DNA of 61,551 bases, counting the filler. It is 5 parts of 5 records of this genome, joined end to end, with 100 filler letters (N's around TTAATTAATTAA, not from the genome) between each part and the next. Parts side by side here need not be neighbours in the genome. Positions count along the whole stretch, not along the records: positions 12,701 to 27,913 come from SRR20825006_2165; positions 28,014 to 34,219 come from SRR20825006_2167; 3 more parts are not named here. One strand, 5' to 3'. The notes under the pieces were generated by a model. That model worked only from the letters and a program-made list of their open reading frames with translations. It was not told where the DNA came from and ran no database searches. Shown one piece after another: positions 19,238-28,193 of the stretch (the stretch's first letter is position 1; each line of letters begins with the position of its first letter). A program made the translations under genes and the position numbers.

Positions 19238-21681
19238 CACGGCAAAAAACCGAACCGAGGACCCTCGGGGAGATCGGCCGGGATCTGCTTGGCCCGCTCC
19301 TCAATCTCTATTTACTGAAACTGCACGCACATCTCATGCAAACGGACCCGCGCCGTGACCGCATCCTGTTCACCCTGCGCGCCGGTCTCCGAATTCAGAC
19401 TCTCTACGGCATCTGGCTGAAGCAGCGGGGCTTACCCTTTCCCGCCAATGCCGCGCTCTTCCGCGCCTCCCGCCTGATGGCCGTCAAGGCGGCTTACGGC
19501 CCCGTTCCGGATCTCGCTCTGACTGCTCTCGGCAGGGAGATGGAGGGGGAAACCCTGGAGAGCATCCTCCGCGCGCTGTTACGGTCACAGCCCCTTTACG
19601 GGAAGAACGGCGCTCTGCCACCAATCCCGCAACAGCCCCTTCACGAATTCCTGCGCACGGACTTGCCCATCGCAAAAAGCGTGCGCCTGCATCTGCAGCA
19701 GCAATCCCGTCTCTTTGCGGATTATCTCGATGCCCTCGCCGATGGCGCGGACCGGTTTATCCTGATCGACACCGGATGGCGCGGGACACAGCAGCTCTTG
19801 CTGGAACAGGCCTTTCCGGCGCGGGACTGGACAGGTCTCTATTTCGGCTGCACGGAACGGACGGAGATCCTTGGATATCGGCCACGGAAGATGTCCGGTC
19901 TGATGTTCGACAGCCCGCATTACGATCCCGACGAGCCCGTTACCGCCATCATTCTCCACCGTCACCTGATCGAGAGCCTGCTTGAGCCTGCACTCCCTTC
20001 CGTTGAGCGTATCGACCAGAACGATATCGAGGCGGCACGACAACCAGCCCCGCCGGATCACACCGCGCATGGCGCACACAGTCTGCCCGATCCGGCCTTT
20101 GAGGGCGTTGTCGCCCATATCAACGCGCACGCGGCGGACAGCCCCGGGAAAATTGCAGCCTCCTGCGCAATGGCCTTGACACTGCTCCCGGACATGATTG
20201 CCGCGCCGACAAGGGACGACCTGCACCTGCTGACCCTGAAGCCGCGCTCACTGGATCTTGGACGCGCCGGCTCCGTCTCCGTCATCCTGCCCGCGAAAGG
20301 TCGTTTTCCCGGCGACACACCACAACAACGGATCGACGATGCGCTCTGGCAGCCGGGACAAGCCGCCATCGAATTCGACGGGGAGCGGCGGCAACGGGCG
20401 CAGCGCATCTTGCGGGCGCAAGCAACGCGCCCGGCAAAACAGGACGAGCCCGGCGTCGCGATCATTACCCGCACCAAGGATCGTCCCCTGTTGCTTGAAA
20501 GGGCCGCCCGCAGCATCGCCAAACAGAGCTATCGAAACCTGTACTGGGTTATCGTCAATGATGGCGGCGACCCGGAGCCGGTGCGGGAAATCATCGAAAA
20601 ATCCCTCGTAGACCCGACACGCATCATCTTCCGCTCACATCCGGAAAGCGCCGGTATGGAAGCCGCTTCCAACGCCGGCATCCGCGCGTCCGCATCCGAC
20701 CTGATCGTCATTCACGACGACGATGATAGCTGGGAGCCGGATTACCTCGAACAATCCGTCGCTTTTCTGAACCGGCATGGGCCGCTGTATGACGGTGTCG
20801 TCTGCCACAGCATCCATGTTGAAGAGGTCCTCTCCGAAGGCAGGGTGCTTGAATGCGGCCGCCGCCCCTTCAACAGCTGGCTCCAGAATGTGCAAATCGC
20901 CGAGATGGCGGCCGGTAATGTGTTCCCGCCGATATCCTTCCTGTTCCGGCGCTCTTTATGGGAACGCCTTGGCGGGTTTGACGAAAGCCTCCCGGTGCTC
21001 GGGGACTGGGATTTCAATCTGCGCTTCCTGATGAATGCCGATATCGGTGTCCTGCCGCAGCCCCTGGCGAACTATCACCACCGCTCAAACGAAGGCCAGG
21101 AGAGCGTCGGCAGTTACGCGAATTCCGACAGCGGCAGCGAAAACCCGCATGTCGCCTTCAGCGCCATCTTGAGAAACCGCTATCTGCGGCGGGCGGCGCA
21201 TGAACCGCAATTTGCCACACTCGCGGGTCTGATGGGTCAGGCCTATGGGTTGGGGGACCTGAGATCCCGTCTTGAGACAACTCCCGCCGGAATGTCCCGC
21301 TCCATGCCCGAAGACTCCGAACTGGACAGGCTGAAAGCCCGCTGTGCGGCGCAGGAGAAGGAGCTCGACCGGCGCTGGGTTCTGCTGCAAATGACCGTCA
21401 CCGAGATTATCCGCACCCGCGGCCTTGCCGTCGAGGCGGGCGACCTGATCCCTCAGCTTTCCGGCCTGGCCGATCACTACATCCGGACAACCGTGATACA
21501 GCCGCCACCGGATTTCGACGAATTTGCATACCGGGCGGAGAACCCCGACATCGCCCGGGCGATTGCCGAGGGGCGCTTCAAGACTGCTTTTGACCACTTC
21601 ACCAAGTTCGGCCAACACCAGGGTCGGCAGCGGCCGCATGTGGAACCTGCCGACCAACAACAGGTGCCAGCCGATGACTGA
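19234..21681 (+). CDS. Multidomain glycosyltransferase: phosphoribosyltransferase-like N-domain + GT2 + C-terminal NPD repeat motif
   Basis: LLGPLL...FTLRAG...LIDTGWRGTQQ; GT2 motifs IITRTKDR, VNDGG, HDDDD, LGDWDF; C-terminal FDEFAYRAENPDI...DHFTKFGQHQGR. ATGA overlap with the HAD gene. Confidence 0.78.
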   Translation: MTRQKTEPRTLGEIGRDLLGPLLNLYLLKLHAHLMQTDPRRDRILFTLRAGLRIQTLYGIWLKQRGLPFPANAALFRASRLMAVKAAYGPVPDLALTALGREMEGETLESILRALLRSQPLYGKNGALPPIPQQPLHEFLRTDLPIAKSVRLHLQQQSRLFADYLDALADGADRFILIDTGWRGTQQLLLEQAFPARDWTGLYFGCTERTEILGYRPRKMSGLMFDSPHYDPDEPVTAIILHRHLIESLLEPALPSVERIDQNDIEAARQPAPPDHTAHGAHSLPDPAFEGVVAHINAHAADSPGKIAASCAMALTLLPDMIAAPTRDDLHLLTLKPRSLDLGRAGSVSVILPAKGRFPGDTPQQRIDDALWQPGQAAIEFDGERRQRAQRILRAQATRPAKQDEPGVAIITRTKDRPLLLERAARSIAKQSYRNLYWVIVNDGGDPEPVREIIEKSLVDPTRIIFRSHPESAGMEAASNAGIRASASDLIVIHDDDDSWEPDYLEQSVAFLNRHGPLYDGVVCHSIHVEEVLSEGRVLECGRRPFNSWLQNVQIAEMAAGNVFPPISFLFRRSLWERLGGFDESLPVLGDWDFNLRFLMNADIGVLPQPLANYHHRSNEGQESVGSYANSDSGSENPHVAFSAILRNRYLRRAAHEPQFATLAGLMGQAYGLGDLRSRLETTPAGMSRSMPEDSELDRLKARCAAQEKELDRRWVLLQMTVTEIIRTRGLAVEAGDLIPQLSGLADHYIRTTVIQPPPDFDEFAYRAENPDIARAIAEGRFKTAFDHFTKFGQHQGRQRPHVEPADQQQVPADD

Positions 21682-22546
21682 CGCTTTCCCCGCCGCCAGT
21701 GCCTATATCCAAACCTTGCAGTCAGAGGCCGAGGCTGCCGAGGCAAAGGCGCAACGGGTCCGGCAAACCATCGAGCGCTGTTGGTCCATGACGTCAGATG
21801 CACTGCCGCCACCGGCCATGATGAATATTGTCGGCAGCCCGGACGAAGCCCACTTCCGCGCCACGATGTGCGATCTGTTCGGTGAGCTGGTTCAGCGCGG
21901 CAGTGTCGAGCGGACGGCGACGATCCTCGATCTTGGCTGCGGATGCGGGCGGCTGGCGATCCCCTTCGCCGCCCACCTGGACGGCGGCTCCTATTACGGC
22001 ATCGACGTCTGGCAAGAAGGCCTCGACTGGTGCCGGAATAATGTCGTCTCCGACACAGGCAGCATCCGCTTCATTCAGAGAGAGGCGGTCAATAATTACT
22101 ATTTCGAGCCGCGCAATCCCGGCGCCGCGAACCGCTATCACCTCTCCGAGCTGCACCATGAAGAGGTCGATTTCGCCTTTGCCATATCCCTTTTCACCCA
22201 TCTCCAGAAGCAGGATTGCATCAGCTATTTCTCGGAGTTGTCGCGGGTATTGAAGCGCGGCGGATGCGCGTATCTGACCTGTTTCATCATTGATGAATTC
22301 TTTTTCGATTTCGTCCGCCGCACCGGGTTGCACCGGTCCGTCACGCAGGAAGAGCAGGGCTGTTACTACGCCTATCAGGGGCAGGATTTCTTTGCCGGCT
22401 ACACCCGCGCGACCTGGACCCGGATGCTGGAAGACAGCGGCCTCCGGATTGTCGGCTTCGACCCGGGGAAATGGGCGGAGAAGCCGGGTGCCCTGCATTA
22501 CCAGGACACATTCATGGTCGTTCCACAGGGCTACAGGAAGGACTGA
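21674..22546 (+). CDS. Class I SAM-dependent methyltransferase
   Basis: ILDLGCGCGRL; YYGIDV; FAISLFTHL; RVLKRGG. ATG 21674 overlaps the GT stop. Confidence 0.88.
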   Translation: MTDAFPAASAYIQTLQSEAEAAEAKAQRVRQTIERCWSMTSDALPPPAMMNIVGSPDEAHFRATMCDLFGELVQRGSVERTATILDLGCGCGRLAIPFAAHLDGGSYYGIDVWQEGLDWCRNNVVSDTGSIRFIQREAVNNYYFEPRNPGAANRYHLSELHHEEVDFAFAISLFTHLQKQDCISYFSELSRVLKRGGCAYLTCFIIDEFFFDFVRRTGLHRSVTQEEQGCYYAYQGQDFFAGYTRATWTRMLEDSGLRIVGFDPGKWAEKPGALHYQDTFMVVPQGYRKD

Positions 22547-22586
22547 ATATGCCGGGGCGAGACGCTGTCGCGCGGGAGAAAATCAT

Positions 22587-23567
22587 ATGGCATCTCTGGT
22601 AGGAGGGTTCGATCCGGTAGAGAACCGGAATATAGACGCGGAGCAAAGCACTCTCATTCGCGACTTTCTTGATTCGCTCGGCCTGGCTGAATCCTCCGTC
22701 GAGACCGTCACGGTTCAATCATTTGACAGCTCATCCGGTGGCGATAGTCCGGCGCCTTTTGTTCTGTCGGACACGATAACGGCCGCGACGGCCCTTGCTC
22801 CCGACGGGAAACAGATCTCGCTTTCCCTCAACCCCGACTCCGAAACCGGAAAGACCCTGATCATACAGGGCTCGGGAGATGCCCTGATCACAGGCAGCGG
22901 CAGCGGCGACAATATTCAGGCGGGCAGTGGTTCCGATACCATCGATGCGGGCATCGGCGACGACCTTGTGCGTGGCGGCATCGGCTCCGACAGTCTGATC
23001 GGAGGACTTGGTAACGATATTATCTACGGTAATACGGGAAGCGACACGCTTGCCGCGAATGAAGGCGCGAACAGTCTTTTCGGCGGTCAGGGAGAGGATC
23101 ATATATCCGGCGGTGCTGACGGCGATTTCCTGATGGGCAACCGGGACGCCGATATCGTCCATGGCAACGCGGGCTGGGATATCGTCTACGGAAATCAGCA
23201 GAACGACACGATCTTCGGCGGTGCCGGCGACGACACTCTCTATGGCGGCCAGAACGACGACATGCTGGAAGGCGGGAGCGGAGACGACGCCTTGCACGGT
23301 AATCTCGGTGGCGATCAGTTCGTCTTCCGGAGCAACAGCGGCGTCGATGTCATCCATGACTTCGTCGCGGGGACCGACACGATCGTTGTCTCAACGGGGA
23401 TCAATGGTCTGCCGGTTACCGAACCGGGCGATCTCACCACCCGCATCTCCAGCGATGCACTCGGCAATGCCGTGATCGATTTCGGAGGAGGCAATGTCGT
23501 CACCATCGACGGCCTGAACGCCCACGACCTGCTCAGCGACATCGGCTCTTACATCAGTATCGGCTGA
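22587..23567 (+). CDS. RTX calcium-binding T1SS substrate (326 aa)
   Basis: Multiple GGxGxD-type nonapeptides; C-terminal GGDQFVF...DVIHDF signal; no Sec signal; GGAGAA RBS. Confidence 0.9.
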   Translation: MASLVGGFDPVENRNIDAEQSTLIRDFLDSLGLAESSVETVTVQSFDSSSGGDSPAPFVLSDTITAATALAPDGKQISLSLNPDSETGKTLIIQGSGDALITGSGSGDNIQAGSGSDTIDAGIGDDLVRGGIGSDSLIGGLGNDIIYGNTGSDTLAANEGANSLFGGQGEDHISGGADGDFLMGNRDADIVHGNAGWDIVYGNQQNDTIFGGAGDDTLYGGQNDDMLEGGSGDDALHGNLGGDQFVFRSNSGVDVIHDFVAGTDTIVVSTGINGLPVTEPGDLTTRISSDALGNAVIDFGGGNVVTIDGLNAHDLLSDIGSYISIG

Positions 23568-23612
23568 CCAAGAGTCCGTCGATGACCAAAGATAAGCGCG
23601 TTCTTCAAATAC

Positions 23613-25346
23613 ATGAATCGAGAAATGATGCCGAAGCAAAATGATGCAGATCCGTCACCTCCCCTGCATCTTCAATCGGTCCTGGCAAAATGCGTCCCGG
23701 GCTTGATGCTTTGCATTCTTTTGAGCTTCGTCATTTCACTCACGATGTTCATTCCTCCCCTGTATATGTTGAAACTTTTCTCCGGCGTGACGGAAAGCGG
23801 CAGCGTTGCGACGATTGCAGGCCTGTCGCTCCTCGCGGGCGGAGCAATCCTGCTCTATTCCATCCTCGATTATTTGCGCAGCCTGACCTACCACCGCCTT
23901 TCCAGCTGGCTCGCGGAGCGGCTGGGCGAGGTTGTCATTGCGCCAATCTCGGCGCTTTCTCTCAGTGACGGAGAAAGGCCGGCGGAACTGCTGAAGGATA
24001 TCGGACTGCTGCGTGATTTCGTTTCAGGCGGCTCGCTCACCGCCGGGCTGGAAATGATCTGGGCACCGATGTTCTTCGCGACACTCTTCATCCTGCATCC
24101 CTATTTCGGCTGGCTCGGTCTCGGAGCAGGGACAGTTCTCCTGGCGCTGGCCGTGGCGAACGATCTCCTGACCAGAACACCGGTCCGGCAAAGCAGCGAA
24201 CGCGCAGAAGCAGCCTACCGGGAAATCGGCGATACCCTGCGCTGCGGCGAAGTTATCGATGCCATGGGCATGCTTGCCGGTATTGCCCGGCGATGGCGCG
24301 CCCATAACGCGGCAATGATCGCGGCCAACATGCGCGGGGCACAGCGTCAGGCCTTGGTTCTAAGCGCGGCGAAGGGTATCCGCCTTGCGGTACAGTTGGC
24401 CGTGTTTGGTGGCGGCACCCTGCTGGTGCTGGAGCAGGCCGCGGATTTCGGCACGCTGCTCGCCAGCTCCATCATCCTTGTGCGCGCCCTCGCGCCGCTG
24501 GAGCAATTGCTTGACCGTTGGCGGCACTGGAACGCGGCGGCATCCGCGCTCCGGCGCATTGCAGCCATCCTTGCCGAACCCGTGCGCCTGCAGCGCTCTT
24601 CGATGCCACAGCCCCGTCCCTGCACCAGACTGAGGCTTGAGCGTGTCTCTTTCGTCCCCCCCGGTGCCCCGCGGCCAACCGTGAAAGGCGTCAGTTTCGA
24701 TGTCGGCAGCGGAGAGTTCATCTGCATCGCGGGAGCGGCGGCATCAGGGAAAACCACACTTCTGCAACTGATGACCGGCCTTTGGAAGCCGACCGTAGGT
24801 TTCGTCACACTGGACGGGCACGACACCCACAGCTGGAGCCGGGAGGATTTTGGCAGCCATATCGGCTATCTGCCGCAATCGGTTCAGCTCATTGGCGGCA
24901 CAGTGCGCACGGTCATCTCCCGGATGTCGAACTGCGATCCCTACGCCACGGTCAAGGCCGCCAAACTTGCCGGGATTCACGATTTGATCGGGAAACTGCC
25001 AAACGGGTATGACAGCCCTATGGAAGGCAGTGGTGCGCAACTGACCGGAGGTCAGCGGCAGCAAGTCGGTATCGCCCGCGCCCTTTACGGAGATCCCGTA
25101 CTGATCCTTCTGGATGAACCAGACAGCAATCTGGACAAGAATGCGCTCAACACCCTGATTGCCACGCTCAAATGGCTGAAAGAGCGGGGCCGGATGATTG
25201 TCGTCACCAGTCATCGCCAGGAAATGCTGCGCAGCGCGGACCGGGTGATCCTGCTCGATCAGGGCGCCGTTATAAAAATCGCCATACCGGCTCCAGCCCC
25301 CTCAACCGCCCTTCCCCCTCACCTGCCTGAGCCAGCCGCATCATGA
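23613..25346 (+). CDS. PrtD/AprD-family T1SS ABC transporter
   Basis: PPLYML; Walker A GAAASGKT; HIGYLPQ; LTGGQRQ; LLDEPDSNLD. No C39 domain. Confidence 0.9.
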   Translation: MNREMMPKQNDADPSPPLHLQSVLAKCVPGLMLCILLSFVISLTMFIPPLYMLKLFSGVTESGSVATIAGLSLLAGGAILLYSILDYLRSLTYHRLSSWLAERLGEVVIAPISALSLSDGERPAELLKDIGLLRDFVSGGSLTAGLEMIWAPMFFATLFILHPYFGWLGLGAGTVLLALAVANDLLTRTPVRQSSERAEAAYREIGDTLRCGEVIDAMGMLAGIARRWRAHNAAMIAANMRGAQRQALVLSAAKGIRLAVQLAVFGGGTLLVLEQAADFGTLLASSIILVRALAPLEQLLDRWRHWNAAASALRRIAAILAEPVRLQRSSMPQPRPCTRLRLERVSFVPPGAPRPTVKGVSFDVGSGEFICIAGAAASGKTTLLQLMTGLWKPTVGFVTLDGHDTHSWSREDFGSHIGYLPQSVQLIGGTVRTVISRMSNCDPYATVKAAKLAGIHDLIGKLPNGYDSPMEGSGAQLTGGQRQQVGIARALYGDPVLILLDEPDSNLDKNALNTLIATLKWLKERGRMIVVTSHRQEMLRSADRVILLDQGAVIKIAIPAPAPSTALPPHLPEPAAS

Positions 25347-26668
25347 GTGCTCTCACCGATTATCGAACCGAGGGCATTCCGCCCTCCCCCCGGATTGGCC
25401 CTATCGCCCTGTCTGCGCTTGCCGTGATTACGTTTTTTATTATCGGGATCGTGCTCTGGAGCTGGCTCGTACCGCTCAATGCCGCCGTGCTGGCCGAGGG
25501 CCGCGTTCTGGTCCAGTCATACAAAAAAACGGTTCAGAGCCGGGATGGCGGACGGATCATACGGCTTCTGGTGTCGGAAGGAGACAGTGTCGCCGCCGGG
25601 CAACCGCTACTGCGCTTCGACCCAACGGAAGCCTGGGCCGAACATGACATGATCCGCAATCGCTTCATCCAGGCCCTCGGACGGGAGGCTCGTCTGTCAG
25701 CCGCCTTGCGAGGCGCGAGCCAACCGGACTGGCCAGCAGCCCTGACCCGGGATGCTACGGATCCGACAGCCATGCGGGTGATGGAAATCGAGCAGACCCT
25801 TTTCGAGGCCGCACGCCGGGAACAGCATGGCAAAGAACTGGTTCTGGCCCGCCGGATCGCGGAAATAGAGGAGGAAGTCCGATCCCTGGAGGCACAACTC
25901 CGTTCCGCGGACAGGCAACTGCCGATGCTGGAAGAGGAAACAGCGGATGTTACAACCCTTTTGAACAAGGGGCTGGAGCGCAAGCCCCGACTACTCGCCC
26001 TCAAGCGCGCCCGCGAAACCCTTCTGGGAAAACGGGATACGCTCCGGAGCAACATCGCCCAGGCCGAGGAAAACCTGGCCGCCGCCAGGCTCAATCTCCT
26101 GGCCTTCAAAAACCAGAGCCAGACGGAACGCGCCGAAGCCCTGACCCAAACATCAAACGAGATCGCAGCACTGCGCCAGCAGTTGAAAAGCGCCCGCGAC
26201 CGCCTGCGCAACACGGAGATACGAGCGCCCGCGTCGGGGGAGGTTGTCGACCTCGCCTTCCATACCATTGGCGGTGTAGCCCGGCCGGGAGAAGAGATCC
26301 TGAGCATTATCCCCCGGCAGGACGAACTTGTTGTCGACGCACGCATCCGGGCGGCCGATATCGACGCGGTTTATCGCGGCCAACTGGCCGAAGTCCGCAT
26401 CAGAGCCTATCGCTGGAAAGACCGCCCGCCACTGCATGCGCGGGTCGTGCGCATTTCAGCGGACCTGCTGGAGGATGCGATAACCGGCCGGCCTTTCTAC
26501 GAGGCGAGACTGCGTTTCGATGTCGGCAGCGGCCAAACGGACGCGATATCCGACCTCAAAGTGGGAATGGCGGCGGACGTCGCGCTTCTGACAGAAACAC
26601 GAACCGCCGCCGACTATCTGCTCGGCCCCATTTATCAGCTCATGTTCCGCGGGTTCCGGGAACAGTGA
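25343..26668 (+). CDS. PrtE/HlyD-family membrane fusion protein
   Basis: N-terminal TM; VQSRDGG; IRAPASG; DYLLGPI. ATGA overlap. Confidence 0.92.
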   Translation: MSALTDYRTEGIPPSPRIGPIALSALAVITFFIIGIVLWSWLVPLNAAVLAEGRVLVQSYKKTVQSRDGGRIIRLLVSEGDSVAAGQPLLRFDPTEAWAEHDMIRNRFIQALGREARLSAALRGASQPDWPAALTRDATDPTAMRVMEIEQTLFEAARREQHGKELVLARRIAEIEEEVRSLEAQLRSADRQLPMLEEETADVTTLLNKGLERKPRLLALKRARETLLGKRDTLRSNIAQAEENLAAARLNLLAFKNQSQTERAEALTQTSNEIAALRQQLKSARDRLRNTEIRAPASGEVVDLAFHTIGGVARPGEEILSIIPRQDELVVDARIRAADIDAVYRGQLAEVRIRAYRWKDRPPLHARVVRISADLLEDAITGRPFYEARLRFDVGSGQTDAISDLKVGMAADVALLTETRTAADYLLGPIYQLMFRGFREQ

Positions 26669-26749
26669 GGCGCGCTTTTCGTCCCTCCGACCAGGGTTTC
26701 TTCATATCTCCCTCATTTGCAGGATATGCTTTTGGCCGGGGAGAACGGA

Positions 26750-27913
26750 ATGACGACGACACTGACGATAGTGCAATCACGTATCGCGCTTATTGATCCG
26801 CAGGACTGTACCGATAATTCGGACACACTCGCCTTGCTGGACGCCCTTTTCGACGCACTTGTACGGCGCGGTGCAGACGGGCGATTCGAGCCTGCTTTGG
26901 CAGAGAGCTGGGCATTAAGCGAAGATGCCCGTCGCTGGACCTTTAGCCTCCGGCCAGGGCTGCGCTTTCACGACGGCAGTACGCTGGATGCGGAAGCGAT
27001 GAAATACTCCGTCGAACGCATGCAACGTCCAGACATCGGCGCCACCCTCGGCGCACCGGCTGTCTGGGGCCAGTATCTCGGCGGCGCACGCATCACAGCC
27101 CAAGATCCCCTGACCCTGACGATCGAGACGGCCGAGCCGACTGCCGATCTGCTTGATATTCTGGTTTCCGGCTATGCTCTGCCGCCCCATCTGGCGGACC
27201 GCCCAGACTTTACGCAGCACCCGGTCGGCAGCGGGGCTTTCCAATTCGAAGGCGCGGAACCCGGCCGGGAAGTCCGTATGACGGCCAACCCTCATTGGTG
27301 GGGCGGTGCAAGGCCACAGAAAGAATTAATCTGGCACAGTGTGCCACTGTCCGAGGCCAGGGCAGAGGCCCTCGCAACCGGAAGGGCGCAGGTGGCAACC
27401 CACCTGTCCCCTGACGCCGCCGCTCTGCTTGGCGACGGTATCACGCAGCATGATTACTTCGACCCGACAGCGATCATCTACTTGCTGAATGCCGCATCGG
27501 GACCGTTCAGCGATCCCCGTGTCCGGCGCGCGATCACGCTGGCCGTCGACAGGCAGGCCTTGATTGACGAGGTACTCAACTGCGCCGGAACGCCGCTCGG
27601 TGGTTTCGTCAGCAGTGCCCATATCGGCGCCGCGCCGGAGCCGACAGACATAAAACCCGATCCCAAGACCGCTCGGGCCCTTCTCGCCGAAGCGGGCTAT
27701 GGCGAGGGCCTTGAGCTTGGCATCGACTGCCCAACCAGACTGCCCGACGAAGCCCAGGCCCTGACCAGCGCCCTCGCCCGCCAACTCGCAACGGTCGGGA
27801 TTTCAGTCACGGTGCGCACGATTGAAGATCGGGTCGCCTACGCGGAGCAGATCCGGGACAAGAAAATCCAGGACATGTGCGTCTTCGACTCCAGCCCGAT
27901 GAGCACGTTCCGC
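26750..27913 (+). CDS. Family 5 (DppA-like) solute-binding protein, 3'-truncated, no obvious signal peptide
   Basis: PALAESW; LRPGLRFHDG; PVGSGAF; DPRVRRAI. GGAG RBS before ATG 26750. Confidence 0.85.
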
Positions 27914-28013
27914 NNNNNNNNNNNNNNNNNNNNNNNNNNNNNNNNNNNNNNNNNNNNTTAATTAATTAANNNNNNNNNNNNNNNNNNNNNNNNNNNNNNN
28001 NNNNNNNNNNNNN
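27914..28013. other. Artificial contig linker
   Basis: 44 N + TTAATTAATTAA + 44 N. Confidence 0.98.
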
Positions 28014-28037
28014 GCGATTCTCCCACTCCCATTCTCG

Positions 28038-28070
28038 CCCCGGACCCGGAAAGGTTCGGGGTTTTTTTTT
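28038..28070 (+). terminator. Rho-independent terminator
   Basis: CCCCGGACC-CGGAAA-GGTTCGGGG followed by 9 T. Confidence 0.88.
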
Positions 28071-28193
28071 CGCTTGAATACCCGACCCAAAATGCGCCTT
28101 GCACAACTGTATGCTTTAAAGCGCAGCCAGAACCCTTTAATGTCTTCAAACGGTTATCTGAACAGCACATCCTAGGCGGAGAGACGCACCCAC

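Noticed and set aside
23613-25346. PrtD as an inactive ATPase (GAAASGKT, LTGGQ)
   Set aside because: Still fits GxxxxGKT, and Walker B and the H-loop are intact.
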